64,000 nucleotides of DNA from assembly GCF_009914755.1 (NCBI RefSeq), contig NC_060946.1; one strand, written 5' to 3'. Below the pieces are notes generated by a model. That model ran no database searches, was not told where the DNA came from, and saw only the letters and a program-made list of their open reading frames with translations. The DNA comes from the human T2T-CHM13v2.0 reference genome, Homo sapiens. Each line of letters begins with the position of its first letter. The stretch's first letter is position 1. This document shows, piece by piece, positions 30,835 through 48,889 of this stretch. The translations under genes were made by a program, and so were the position numbers.

Positions 30835-32193
30835 CTTTCCTTCCTTTTAAAGCTAATAATATGTCATTGTATACCATCTTTTGTTTATCCATTCACCCAC
30901 TGATGGACACTTGGGTTGTTTCTACCTTTTGGCTATTGTGAATAATGTTGCTGTGAATATGGGTAGACAAATACCTCTTTGAGACCCTGTTTTCAATTCC
31001 TTTGAGTATATACCAGAACTAGAATGGCTGGATCATATGATAATTTGAATTTTAATTTTTTTAGAAACCACCATACCATTTTCCAGTAGTGGTACTATTT
31101 TACATTGCTACCAACAGTGCATAAAGGTTCCAATTTCTCCACATCCTCACCAACTCTTATGTTTTGATAATAGCCATCCTAATGGGTGTGTAGAAGTACA
31201 GTGAATATATATTTTAAAGAACCTTGAGTCATAACCCAACTCATATTTTCTGTACAGACCTTTTAAATAATTATAACATATTTGATGTGCATTCAATAAA
31301 TTTTTATTGAATCCTGGCTACATTCCAGGATTCAAATATGAAATAGGCACAGTCCCTGCCCTCATGAATAACATAGATAAGGAGCCCCTATGAAATAACT
31401 TATAGCCATTGTACCCCTATCTAAAGGATCAGGACCATAAGCTCTAGCAACATATCTGAGAGAAGGGGACGGGAGAGAAAACATCCACAGCTTTGGTGTG
31501 TTCTGAACTCTTTAGGAATTTTGCATGGGCAAATCTGCTCAGTTTTCTCCCATAGCAAATAGGGTGTCCTGTGTGAAACTTGGCTACAGTGGTTATTGAC
31601 TAAGTTGTTGAGAAAGAGATATATATTAGCTTTCCCTATGGAAATTTAAAAACATGCACAAAAGTAAAGAAAGTAATATAATAAATCACCAAATACCTGT
31701 CACCCAGTTTGTGGAATCATCAACACATACCCAGTCTTCTTTCATACCCACCCCCACTCACTCCCTCTTACCACTAGATTATTTTGAAACAAAGTCAGTA
31801 TATTATTCAAGTTTTCATTTTCTACTTGTTCTTGATGCTGTTTCGCTTAGATACTGGGGTGTGTGCTCTAATTTTGACTTCTTTTAGCAGTCTTATTGTG
31901 TACAGTATTCTTTCTCTGAGAGAGAGTTTTGTTTTGTTTTGTTTTGTTTGTATTGATAGAATCACAGTGTTTTCCAGCCTTAAACTCTCTTTTGTCTCTC
32001 CCATTTCAGAGTCCCATGAACCTGCCACACATTTTCACTTTACTCAAGTCAAAGTGACTTGGACCTCCACTCACCAGCTCTCTTAGTTCATCTCTATAAT
32101 GTATGAAGTTAGGGACTTTAGCAGTCTTCTTAATTATTCTACATACAGTGTCTAACCTGGTGCATAGTAGGTACTTAATAAATAGTTGTTGAT

Positions 32194-32750
<557 letters not shown>

Positions 32751-32833
32751 GTTGTTGATGACTAAATGGATGAACTCCATTTGGGTTTCCGCTCATCTGA
32801 ACCTCAGAATCAGCAGTTGTTTTAACAATACAC

Positions 32834-33391
<558 letters not shown>

Positions 33392-34026
33392 TGAAAAATC
33401 TAAATTTTTCTGGCTCCCCCTGCTGGTCGCTCCTGGGCAGTTGCGTACAAGTGCCCTGATAGGATTGGAGCCAGAGCCAAGTTTGGGAAGGGAAAACAAA
33501 GCATTGTTGGTAGAGTGCCCTGACCAGTCCAGGCAGGTTTGAGGAGGAGGAAAGCAGCTTGTTGAAAACAGTTCTGGGAAGTGCAGCTTTCTGTGTAAAG
33601 GGCAAGGAAGGTGGCCCACTGCCAGCCAAAATCAGGAGAGCAGGGATTGGGGCTACAGCTTCCTGGTCTGCAGCACTGTAGACCATGAGAATCGTGACCA
33701 CACGAGCCCATAAGTGAGCTGGTCATTATGTGAGGATCAGACCCTATCTTGAGAATGGAGATGGGCTCCTTTTCTAAGACAAAGCAGTCTGGGGTCAGAC
33801 ATAGTCACCATGCAGGCATAGTACCTACAGTGTTTGTTTTATTTTGGTAAGAATGGTGGTGAATGTAGATGGGAGCATCCCCAGAGTTCACAGTCCTGCG
33901 TTGGCTACATGACCGTACTATCTCCCAGTTCTTAAGACCATTAACAACTCTGTGGAGCTCTGGGTGGAGCTTCTGCCAGGGCCTTCCTTCTCCACCCTCT
34001 GTAAAAACAATAAATTCCCCACACCT

Positions 34027-34750
34027 CTCATACCAGTCAGAATGGCTATTATTAAGAAGTCAAAAAATAACAGATGCTGGTGAGGTTGTAGAGAAAAAAG
34101 AACACTTTTACACTGTTGGTGGGAGTGTAAATTAGTTCAACCATTGTGGAAGACAGTGTGGCGATTCCTCAAAGACCTAGAAGCAGAAATACCATTTGAC
34201 CCAGCAATGCCATTACTGAGTATATATCCAAAAGAATAGAAATCATTCTATTATAAAGATACATGCATACATGTATCTTTCATTTCATTGCAGCACTATT
34301 CACAGTAGCAAAGACATGGAACCAACCTAAATTCCCATCAGTGATAGACTTGATAAAGAAAATGTGGTACATATACATCATGGAATACTATGCAGTCATA
34401 AAAAGGAATGAGATCATGTCCTTTGCAGGGACATTGATGGAGCTGGAAGCCATTATCCTCAGCAAATTAATGCAAGAACAGAAAAACAAACACTACATGT
34501 TCTCACTTATAAGTGGCAACTGAATGATGAGAACACATGGACACACAGAGGGGAACAACACACACTGGGGCCTGTTGGACGGTGTGGCGGGGGAGGAAGG
34601 AGAGCATCAGGAAGAACAGCTAATGGATGCTGGGCTTAATACCTACGTGATGGGATAATCTGTGCAGCAAACCACCATGGCACACGTTTTTCTATGTAAT
34701 CCTGCATATGTACCCCTGAACTTAAAAGTTGGAAAAAAAAAAAAGAAAAA
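34027..34750 (+). mobile_element. 5'-truncated L1PA (old primate, about PA11-15) ORF2 end, 3'UTR and poly(A)
   Basis: Primate L1 3' sequence with A tail; TSD aattcc(c/t)cacacct near 34013-34026 and 34753-34766. Confidence 0.92.
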
Positions 34751-35151
34751 AGAATTCCTCACACCTACCTACCCTCTAGATCACATTTCTCAGTTGTTTA
34801 TATTTACTTGTCCTTTCCACAAAACTTCCCAGAAAGTGGACTGTGGCCAAATGAATCTCTCCAGACTCCAGCCAGCTGAGGGCATCAGGAAAAGGGTTAA
34901 TGATGTCAAGACACCAAGGGCAGATCCCCTCCTCTTCTCTCCAATCCCAAGCCCCAAGCACCAGCATAATTCCACTTAAAGTTGAACGTAGAAAATGGGC
35001 ATTTGTTTTACTTCAGAACAAAGGGGTAAGCACGTGACTTTCCCCAATACACAAGGAAGGGAAATGAATCCAGAAGAACCCCAGGGCATGAATATTACCA
35101 TTAGACTTAGGTAAGTATAGCTGTGAAATGGTCATGGTAAAGAAATGTTTG

Positions 35152-35474
<323 letters not shown>

Positions 35475-36708
35475 TCAGTAAACTTCGTCAGCTTGATAAA
35501 GAATACCTACAAAACCTACAGCTAACATACTTAATAGTGAGAAACCAGAAGCTTTCTCACTAAGATCAGGAACAAGGCAACGGTGTGCCCTCTCATCACT
35601 TCTTTTCAACATTGTACTGGAAGTCCTAGCTAATGTAATAAGACAAGAAAAGGAAATAGAAGGTATACAGATTGGGGAGGAGGAAATCAAGCTGTCTTTG
35701 TTCACAGATGACATGACCATCTCTGTAGAAAATCTGAAAGATGAATGATGAAGCCTTGGGAGATGTTAAAAAAGAAAAAAGAAAGGAGGACAGGACAGGA
35801 AAGGAAAAAGGAAAGGGAAGTGGGGAGGGGAAGGGGAAGGAAGGGAAAGGAAAGATCTGAAAGAATTGACAGAAAAACTCCTGGAACTAATAAGTGATTA
35901 CATCAATGTTTCAGGTTATAAGGTCAATATACAAAACTCAATTGTCTACCTATATACCAGCAATGAATTAGTGGAATTTGAAATAAAAAACACATTTATA
36001 TTACCACCCCACAAAATTTGTATAAACCTAACAAAATATGTACAAGATCTGTATGAAAAAAACTACAAAACTCTGATGAACAAAATCAAAAAAGAATTAA
36101 ATGGAGATATATTCCATGGTACATGCATAGGAAGACTCAATATTGTCAAGATGTCCGTTCTTCCCAACTTGATCTATAGATCAAAGCAATCCCAATCAAA
36201 ATCCCAGAAGTTATTTTGTGGATATCAACAAATTGATTCTAAAAGTTTATACAGAGAGGCAAAATTGAAGGAGAAGAATGAAGTTAGAAGACTGACACTA
36301 CCTGACTTTGAGACTTATAAAGCTACAGTAATGAAGGCAGTGTGATATTTGTGAAAGGATAGACAAATAGATCAATTGAACAGAATGGAGAGGCCAGAAA
36401 TAGACCCACATAAATATAGTGGAAGGAATAAATATAGTGGAAGGAAGCAAAGGCAGTACAATGGAGCAAAGATAATTTTTTCAACAAATGGTGCTGGAAC
36501 AACTGGACATCCACATGCAAAAAATTAATCTAGACACACACCTTACACTCTGAGAGGATAACAGAAGAAAACCTTGGATATGGTTATTATTTTTTCGGTA
36601 CAACACTCAAAGGCATGATCCATGAAATAAATAACTGACAATCTAGACTTCATTAAAATTAAAAATTTCTCTTCTGTGAAAGACCATGTCACAAGAATGA
36701 GAAGATGA

Positions 36709-37107
<399 letters not shown>

Positions 37108-37123
37108 TTAAAACTCAACAATA

Positions 37124-37468
<345 letters not shown>

Positions 37469-37947
37469 TCACCAAAGAAGATATACAGATGGCATATAAG
37501 CATATGAAAAGATGCTGCACATCATATGTTATCAGAGAAATGCAAATTTAAACAACGATTAGATACTACTACGCATTTATCAGAATGGCCAAAATCCAGA
37601 CAACAAATGCTGACAAGGATGTGGAGCAACAGGAACTTTCATTCATTGCTGGTAGGAATGCAAAATTGATGGTAGAGCCATTTTGGAGAACAGTTTGGCA
37701 TTTTCTTACAAAACTAAACATACTCTTACCATGTGATTCAGCAATCACAGTCCTTGATATTTTCACAAACGAGTTGAAAACTTAAGTCCACACAACAACC
37801 TCCACACACAGGTTTACAGCAGCTTTATTCATAATTGCCAAAACTTGGAAGCAATCAAGATGTCCTTCAGTAGGTAAATAAATGAATATACTGTGGTACA
37901 TCCAAACAATGAAATATTATTCACTGCCAAAAGGAAATGAGCTATCA

Positions 37948-38836
<889 letters not shown>

Positions 38837-39100
38837 GAGATGGACATTTTTAAATGAATATTTTTATGTGTAAACATTTTAAATGAATCTTAAATACAAG
38901 TTGGAGACTGTTCTAATTCCTGAAAGCAGCTGAGTCTATGGCAGCCATCATGAAGCTACCCACTGGAAAAGAGGAACTTGACATGGTGTTACTGAGGATG
39001 GCTAGTGAAAATCACTAAAAATGCTTACATTTATGTAGGATGAGACACCCCAATAAATCTGTTGCAACTGCATTCCCTTCCAGTCTTTTTTCTATGCGTC

Positions 39101-39407
<307 letters not shown>

Positions 39408-39468
39408 TCAGGTCTTACCACCTAGGCAATTTTGTTCCTTTAAAACCTGCTGTTTTCTCATAACCACT

Positions 39469-39712
<244 letters not shown>

Positions 39713-39945
39713 TGACTCTACCGTTCATGGTCATGAGGATTAGAAGTGTGCTCAATAAATGGTAGTTGTTAATATTATAATGAGAAGATAAAGATTGCTA
39801 TCTAAAAAGCTGGCTGCAGTATTCCTCTTAGGAAATTGTCTTTTTTCAGGAAGTACCTTGATAATCTGTTTGGACATGAAAGGTGAATCCCTGTTCCTCC
39901 TTATCCCCACTCAACATAGTTCATAATTAGAAAAAGAAAGATCTC

Positions 39946-40257
39946 GACTGGGCACAGTGGCCCACACCTGTAATCCCAGCACTTTAGGAGGCCAAGGTGA
40001 GCAGATCACTTGAGCTCAGGAGTTCAAGACCAGCCTAGGCAACATGGCGAAAGCCTGTCTCTACCAAAAATGAAAGAAATTAGAAATTAGCCAGGTGTGA
40101 CGGTGCACACCTGTGGTCGTCCCAGCTATTTGGGGGGCTGGGGTAGGAGGATCACTTGAGCCCAGGACGTTGAGGCTGCAGTGACGAGATCACACCACGC
40201 AACTCCAGCCTGGGTAACAGAGACCCTGTCTCAAAAAAAAAAAAGGAAAAAGAAAAA
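39946..40257 (+). mobile_element. AluJ
   Basis: Full diverged Alu; TSD-like gaaaaagaaa(g/a)atct. Confidence 0.88.
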
Positions 40258-40624
40258 ATCTAAGTAACCTGCAAAATACAGTGAGAATTGTGTGTCTCTG
40301 GGGAGGGGATGGGGATAAGCCCAGGATGAAGGAATTGAGGGGGCCAAGGAAGTAGGACAGGTGGCTGGGGAGATTGAGAATGAGCAGCCACCTGAGGGCA
40401 GCTGAGGGTACTGAGGAACAGCCTCACCAGGGAGATGTTTCCTGTGGCAGGTATGAAGGGACTGGACTGTCAGTGCGTTTTATGTGCTGGCTATGACTTA
40501 GTCTCTGTTGTCCCCAAATCAGGGTGAACATCAGAGCACCTACTGATTTTGAAAAAAAATGAAGGAAAAGCCCTAGGTTCCATGTCTGGGCTGATGCCAG
40601 TGGAGAGAGGGACCATTTAAACAT

Positions 40625-40957
<333 letters not shown>

Positions 40958-43237
40958 GGAGATGTTGGAGGAGATGCCTCCCACCCTTTATGGAATGGGG
41001 CCAAAGCCATTCTAACTTCAGTATTAATGAGAAGGATGATCCCATACAGCAGGAGGTGTGGAGGGCAGATGCTCAGGCTGACATTAAACAACAGTCTGAG
41101 GAAATGTGAAACGGGCAGGGAATATGGCTTCCATAGGCATGGCCTACTTGGGGTTCTCAGGTGCCTCGTTTGTTTACACAGTTGAAAGCATTTTAAAATA
41201 TTCTCAGGACCTGTAGTGGGGTGAGCCCTGGGAAGAGGCCCCATGTAATGAGGATGTCCACCTCTCCTGCATTCCCACCCAATGCTCTGGCTTGGCCTTT
41301 CCTCCTGAGCTCTGGCCCTGGGCATGCAAGAGGGTTGTGAGGTATGGGGCTGTGTTATTGGGAAAGGCAGCCTCGAGTGAGGGAAGGTAACATCATTTTA
41401 TCCTGTGTTCATCCTGGTGTCCAGCCTCAGTATGCTTCCCACCAAACTGGCCTCCATGTTAGAACATGGTCTATCCTGCCCCCGGGGCTCTTCACAGTCC
41501 GATGGCTGGCCAGCATTTTCCAGCAGCTTCTACAGTCTGAAAGGGCCCTTTGTCTCCCTTGGTGACATGAAGAGGTTTGTCACTTCAAATGTCAGCTGTT
41601 ACTTGGACTTGAAGGGCAAGTTTGCCCATGTCCGCCTGTGAGCACCCTGCCCCCCTCCCTACATGTCCCAGTCCTAGTGTGCTCCAGGGTCCTACTCTAA
41701 TGCCACCTGGCCAGCATCTTAGACCAGGACGGCATCCCATCTTTCTCCACAGCACCAGAGCATGTATTTTCCATCACTTCCCATGCCTCATTCTCTCTTG
41801 TGTTATAGACACTTATTTATGTGTATGTCCCATGTCCTGTGCTACTTTATGCTAAAGCTCCTTGAGGACAGGAATTAAGTCTCTCTTAGCACACTCAGAA
41901 TATCTGTTGAATGAATTAGTGGCTGCCAAGTGCCAGGAACTATTATTCTAGGCAATGGGAATACAGAGATGAATTATCTTTGCCTGATCCCCATTGGCAA
42001 AGAAATCTGGTCTCATGTGGGGAGATAGATCCCTAAAAAGATGATGCAAAAGTGGAAATATGTGCAAAACAGGGAGGTGGCACAAAGTATCACATCCATC
42101 ATGATGGAGTCCTGGGCTCCCTGGTCAGACAGTTCTGAATTCAAGTCCTGGCTCTGCCACTTCACAGCTATGTGACATTGGCAGTTGCTTCTCTGGGACT
42201 CCATGAGAACAAAATAATACCTACAGCATAGGGTTGTTGATGTATGTAAGACCCCTGTCATGGTGCTTAGCACATGGTAGTGATGTAATACACATAAGCT
42301 GTCTTGCGGAGGGGGCAGGAAAAGCTTTGTAGGCAAGGGGCAATCTGAACTGAGCTTCTGAAAAAGAGTTCCTTAGATAGACAAGAGATAAGTATTTTAG
42401 AGGCAGAGGAAACTTCACAAATAAACAATAGTTTATCATCATCCAAAGAAAAGCTTTGAAAAATGAAACACAAGCCCCACAGCTCATGGAGTTTGTGCTG
42501 CTTAACATGGACTCCAAAACATTCAGCAGCTTCAGGGCACAGATTTTGACTTGGAAGGAGGGAGGGAGATGTTAATAATCTCGAAGTCCCTCTTCATTGC
42601 TGCCACAGGCTCTGACCTCTGCCTGGTATGGACTGGCCATGGGGTAGGGTGCCAGATTTTGGAGGGCAGAAGACTTCCCTGAAGGAAAAATAAGTTATTT
42701 TTTTGGTATGCCCATTCACAGTGATACAAAGAAGTTTTATTTCAGAGGCTCCTACCTCTGCACTGCCCTGTCCTTAAAGGAAACTTGTTTTGTTAGGATG
42801 GATTAGTCTCTTAGATAAATATTTGGTATTTCCTTTCACAGCAGTTTAGCAAGAGATGCAAATCCAGACATTAATCATTCTGCCCTTCTCCTACCTTCCC
42901 CCAGTGAAAATCATTTCACACCATCTACCAGTCGTCCTCCACTCTTGGAGAGGTGCAGAGTAGGGTACGCAGCCTTGGGAGAGAGACTGAGAGGTAGAGT
43001 TTGTAAGGAGTAGAATTCTGGAGACACTGCTGCCAGGTGCTAAGCAGCCAGGCACAATTATGTAAACTGGAGGGAATCCCGCCAGCCTTCCTCCTCCAAT
43101 GGACAGGAGGGATTTGTGAGACGCTAGTGATACTTCTGGGTAAGTTTTAGGTACCTTTAGAGTGAGTGCTGATCATTGTCACTCAAGGTAAGAGAGGGCA
43201 TGGCTGTGGAATTTCCTCCTTCAAGAGGCACTTGTGA

Positions 43238-43615
<378 letters not shown>

Positions 43616-43857
43616 TTACTATGTGACCCAGGGGAGTTCCTCCATCCCTCTGAGCCTGTTTCCTGCAAGAGGGGGATGATAATAGAATAATGAAACCAAC
43701 CTTATAGGTTGTGCAGGGGATTAGCTCATGATGATGGTTTCTTTTGGTCTCCACAAAAGACCTGATCAGGAAACAGGCTCAGAGATTTAGGGATTTCCCC
43801 AAGGTTGGCAGAGAGCAGATGATGGAGCCGAATAGCCAAAGCTCAGGTGGTTCTTCC

Positions 43858-44127
43858 TTTTTTTTTTTTTTTTTTTTTTTAGCGTTAGGGCCTCACTCTG
43901 TTACCCAGGCTTGAATGCAGTGGCGTGATCATAGCTCACTGTGACCTTGAACACCTGGGCTCAAGCGATCCTCTTGCCTTAGCCTCCTGAGTAGCTAGGA
44001 CTACAAGCGGGCACCACCATGTGCAGCTGTTCTTCATTTTTTGTAGAGATGGAGTCTTCCTATGTGGCCCAGGCTGGTCTCAAACCCCTGGCCTCAAGTG
44101 ATCCTCCTGCCTTAGCCTCCCAAAGCT
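43858..44127 (-). mobile_element. AluJ
   Basis: Reverse Alu, slightly 5'-truncated. Confidence 0.88.
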
Positions 44128-44574
44128 TAGGCTGCCAAGGGAGCAGTGCTTTGGAAGATGCAACAGCCTGCTTGCTCTGTTGTTCCCCTCCTGCCATGTG
44201 ACAGATACTCCTTTCTAATACCTGTGGTCCCTACCTGTCCATGGACATGCTCACAGGTCTCCAGGGAGCAGAACTAAAATGCGTTCAGGAGCTCGGGCTG
44301 GCCCAGTCAAGTCCTTGGTTCAAGGCCAGGTTCTCTTAACACTCAGTGGGTGTGACCAGATTCTGTGGTGGTCACAAAGCTACGTGTCCACAGGGCCTCC
44401 ACATTCTAGGGTCACCCTTTCCTTTGATACTCACATCTAATGGCCTAAGCCTCTATTCCACACAGTCTGCAAAGCCCAGCAGCTTACCAAGGATTTTGTG
44501 TAAATGGCTTAGAATTGTTTTTTAAAAAATTCAGCTGAGAGTCTTTACCTTTACACCAGAACAATGTAATTCTA

Positions 44575-44880
<306 letters not shown>

Positions 44881-45769
44881 TAATGTAATTCTGATACCAA
44901 TGTGGGTCTAAAAATTTTTGTGCTGTTTGTTCCCCTAGGTCTGTTTTTCTCTCCTTTACCATTGTTTTGTTTTCTTCTTGCTTGGAGGTTAAATGCTGTC
45001 TCTATCCTTTTAGGGGTTTCCCTCTTCCCTGAGATTTCTCAAGATGCCCAGGGTGCCTTAAGTCTGCCTGTCCCTTCTTGTTCCTCATTCTTATTCCTAT
45101 TAATTCTCCATCGTGCTTACTTCTTGCCTCCTGTTTGTTGTTCTTTCCCTCTTTTCTTCATACATTCACCATTAACGGTGCACCAACCTTTTACTTAACA
45201 TCAGGTAGATAACATGGTGGGGGAGACAAGTTGCTGAGCTTCTTAGAGCCCCTTGGCCATGAGGAGTCCCTGCCCACATCCCTCCTCAGGTGCTAGCTGG
45301 GTAGGCTGTGTCAGATCCCCTCTATAAGCCTTCCCTCCCAGAGCCCCAACCCCACTTCACACCTCCCTGGTCCACCCTACTCACCCTCCTGCTGTCACTG
45401 TCCCCTCACCTTGCCCAGTTCTTCTCCTTGTATTTCTCATTATCTGAACTCATATTTAAGTTGTCTGTCTATCCCATTAAGCCTCACAGTGGTGTCTTGT
45501 TCACCACCATATCTCAAGAGCATGAAACCATGCCTGGCACACAAGCAGTGAAGACAAGCAGTGGATATTTGTTGAACACATGGGTGAATTCTGGCATTCT
45601 AAGTCTTCAGTGGGACCATCTACCTGTCAATCCCAGTGGAACTGGTGCAATGAAGTGGAAAAGGGGTCTCCTGGGATCCCACTCCCACCCCAGGTGCTGG
45701 GGTATGGACTGCCCACCTCTGGGTCCCAAAGACCCCCACAGCTGAAAAACTGGACTCAAGGGAGCAGAT

Positions 45770-46855
45770 AGAGTAATGTACTAACATTTTTAATACAGTC
45801 TGATCAGATCAATTCACATCACAAGGTCAACCTGGGCTTGCTCACATGTGACACAACTGAGGTACACAATGTCCCTACCTGCCGGCTGTCCCACCTTCCT
45901 GGTTCCCAACAGCATTGAAACCCCCTACTTCCCTGACCAGACTGGCATTTTTTAAAATTTTGCATAAAACTATTTCTTCCATAGACTTCAAACAATCAAC
46001 TAGCCAAGTTAATTATGGTACATCTAAACAAAGTTTAATACTAACCCTAATGTGTGACTGCGGTTTACAAAGAGCTCTGTATCACCTGGGATAGCTTTCA
46101 GTAGCAATTCACTACAACTGGTCCTAAAAAATAATAACAATAATAATAATAATTAGAGAATTAAAACCCAACAGCATGTTGAATGGTTAAAATCACGTAA
46201 GAACTGAAATTTGGGGTGGGGGTGTCCTCAACAGCTGAGCTTGTCCTAGCAGTGAAAATGCTCGCCTCCAAGCAGGGCTCAGAAAGGTCTGGAGCCCTCC
46301 AGGCAGAGGGCTGAGCTCAGGGGGCTCTTGGAGGACACTCACCCCATGGTCCATGGGATGCTTCTGGCTTCCTTAAAAACAGTTGGGCATCCGCATTGTA
46401 TAAGTAGGTGGAGACCCTAGTGTGGTTCTTTTGAAGGATATGGGAAGGGAGGATGACGAACTAGAGAAGTGGGAGGGGACCAAAATCACTGAGGTCCCAG
46501 AATATCATAGATTTGGGTATAGGATTGGGGTCACTAAGAATTGAGCACCAGGAATTCCAGCTTCTTCCCATTAAAGAAACTGGGACTGGTTTTGCCTTGG
46601 AGGCCTATGTAGTGTTTTCTGCCCCTGTCCCATACCAAGTCTCATTGATATTTCTGCAGAATATCAGATGAAAATCTATTTCTAAAGACCATTGGGAGAA
46701 TGGGTGGTGGAGAAGGAGTTGGAGTGGGGTTGGGGGGCAGTTAAAAATGAATAAAAATCTCTCAGCTACAGAACCCAAACATCACTTCCCTCCGCATTCA
46801 CAGCATTTCCCAGCAGTCCCCAGATGGTTGTTTCCGTGGGGACACAGCAGCTGCC
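45770..46855 (-). other. PATZ1: PATZ1 3'UTR (long isoforms); ATTAAA at 45794-45789; seed matches for miR-29 (46544-50) and miR-24 (46276-82)
   Basis: Repeat-free region after the stop codon; tttaat, agcacca and ggctcag on +; cleavage site estimated. Confidence 0.78.
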
Positions 46856-47274
46856 TCATTTCCCTTCAGGCCCCATGGGCTGCTGGTCAACCTCAGGATC
46901 TACTAAAGATGACGCAAATGCCGACTGAACAATCTGAAACCCAAAGGACTCGAGGAGAGACATGTTCTGCTGAGGAGAGAAAGGTGAGCCAAGGGCAGGG
47001 CCCAGGTCCCCCAGGGGGCCCCCGAGAGCCCGGACATGCACCTTCTGGATGTGTTTGTTCAAGTAGGACTTAGAGCGGAAGAAGCTCCCACATTCAGGGC
47101 ATGGGTACTTCTTCTCCCCATCAGACTCCATTTTGTTTTTGGGGACTGCCATGTCGCAGGAGAAAGAGCCATTGGCACTCTGCTTCTCTGGCGTCTTCAG
47201 GTCGCTGGCATCTGAGAGGTCACCATAGGAGTCAGAGCTCTCAATCGGATCCTGATGTGAGCATTTCTGGCCTT
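46856..47274 (-). CDS. PATZ1: PATZ1 terminal coding exon 5 (last C2H2 zinc finger, stop)
   Basis: ttttcgtag|AA; 419 nt; EGQKCSHQDP...KKYPCPECGSFFRSKSYLNKHIQKVH...QQPMGPEGK*. Confidence 0.97.
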
Positions 47275-48751
47275 CTACGAAAAAACAAAATATAGGAGAG
47301 CGATGAGGCCAGGCTCTGGAGATGCCCCCTCCTGGAGGGGTCATGAGGGGCCAGCTCACAGACCTGTGGAGGGCAGCCATTGGCCAGCCACTGCCCTGGC
47401 AGAACCCACGGAGGGTCAGCTGGTCAGTCTGGGAGCCTGGAGTGCCTACAGGGGTGAAACGGCAGGGCCCTAGGGCTGCCAGCCTCCCTTGCTGTGGACT
47501 CTTCATGCAGCTGCACATGTACTGCTCACCGTCATCTCAGCCTGCTTCAAGGAAGGGATACAGAGAGGGCAACTCTGCTACAGCTGCCCAGAACAACTCA
47601 AAGACCCCCAACTCCTAGGCGCTCTTTTGGGTGCCTCTGAGGGTAAAATTGGTATTCTGATGATGCCGAGCCAGTGTAATAGTAGCCTCGCCTCCTGCAC
47701 CAGACTAGCTGCACCCTAGCAAGACAGGCAGAACCAGAGCCATTAGGTCCTCAACCTGGGTAGACCCCATCAATGGCTCAGACAGAAGCCAATCCTTTTC
47801 CTAATGCTGCAAACATAGCCCTGTCCTTACCGCCTTCCTTCTGCCAAAACCTTTTCAGGGCCAAGCAGCCCAAGCACAGAGATTGAAAGCAACTCTGTAC
47901 TACTCAGTCGGCTGGGTGTCCCCACCCTAGGCCCCAGACAAGCTGGGCCAAGAGACAACCCTGGCTGCTCTGCCTTGCCCGGCCCACACTGGAGTCCTCC
48001 ACCAATCAGCAGCTTCCTGCCTGGGTCCAGAGAGCCATGCCGGGAAGGGAGGTCTGTGATGGGAGCATGGAGCATGCCATCTCTGCTGTTTCTACCATCT
48101 GCCAAGCCCCTGGCCTCATCCCCAAGGCAACGACAACGTGACATACCACAAAACAACCTGAATCAACAAGTGAAGGTGGGCCTGGGGAGCTTTCTGCAAA
48201 CCAACTCCCAAGTCAGAGGAGTCAGATAGCTCATTATTGCCATGCATCTCACAACCATAGCCAGAGGCTCTCCAGAAAGGGCCACTCACAGTAACCAACC
48301 ACTCCTACTGTGAGAGAAGCCAGACATTGGCTCCCACCGGCCCACTGGGTCAAAAGAGGAGAAAGCATTCAGCCGCAGCTCCACACCATCCTAAAGGGCA
48401 GCAGGCAGTGACAGGCCCATAGTGACTCATCATGCAGGGCTCTTCTTCTGCCCAGGGCCCGGGGCATCCCTGCAGGGCTCCAGACAGTGGGGGCTGGCCA
48501 GGAGGAAAGGAGGAGGGCTGGGGAAGAGGAGGCGGAGGCTGGATCTCGGCAGTGCCCTAAAGCCTCACTCACTGCCCTGGAGTGAGATACCCACTGTGAC
48601 TTTTGTCCTGGAGGCCACTGCCACTCAGATCTCTGAGTCTCCTCAAGGCAGCCAGAAAGCCGGCAGCCTTCCCGCCTCCCCACGCCCAGCCCAGCGCCCC
48701 CACAACACAGTCTGCGCAGAGAAGCAAAGTGCAGAGCAAGGGGTCGCTTGC

Positions 48752-48889
48752 CTTTGTTGCCATAGGTCCTGGCGCAGTGGAACGCTGCTCCCCCATTCAG
48801 GATGGGCTCCTGGTGCCTGGAGACCTGGGGAAGGGGAACACCGTGGTGGGTTTTAACATGGACCTTTAAGTAGGAGGCAGAGGAGAAAC
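48752..48889 (-). CDS. PATZ1: PATZ1 cassette exon 4 (138 nt; internal alternative acceptor at 48824; GC donor)
   Basis: tgtttag|GT; GFSSASYLKVHVKTHH completes the CSIC finger begun in exon 3; donor AAAG|gcaagc keeps frame into exon 5. Confidence 0.93.

Noticed and set aside
33869-34523. ORFs with L1 ORF2 C-terminal similarity
   Set aside because: Part of a truncated L1PA copy
35866-36345. 159-aa ORF resembling reverse-transcriptase-associated sequence
   Set aside because: Frameshifted remnant of an old L1 ORF2; not a novel RT system
36410-36445. 18-bp tandem duplication ataaatatagtggaagga in L1
   Set aside because: Ordinary slippage duplication in neutral repeat sequence
47275-47518. N-terminal extension of the 220-aa ORF upstream of PATZ1 exon 5
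   Set aside because: Open intronic frame before a clear polypyrimidine/AG acceptor; no independent support
48369-48751. Read-through of PATZ1 exon 4 frame for ~127 codons past the GC donor
   Set aside because: GC-rich intron with no recognisable domain or poly(A) signal; possible intron retention cannot be supported from sequence
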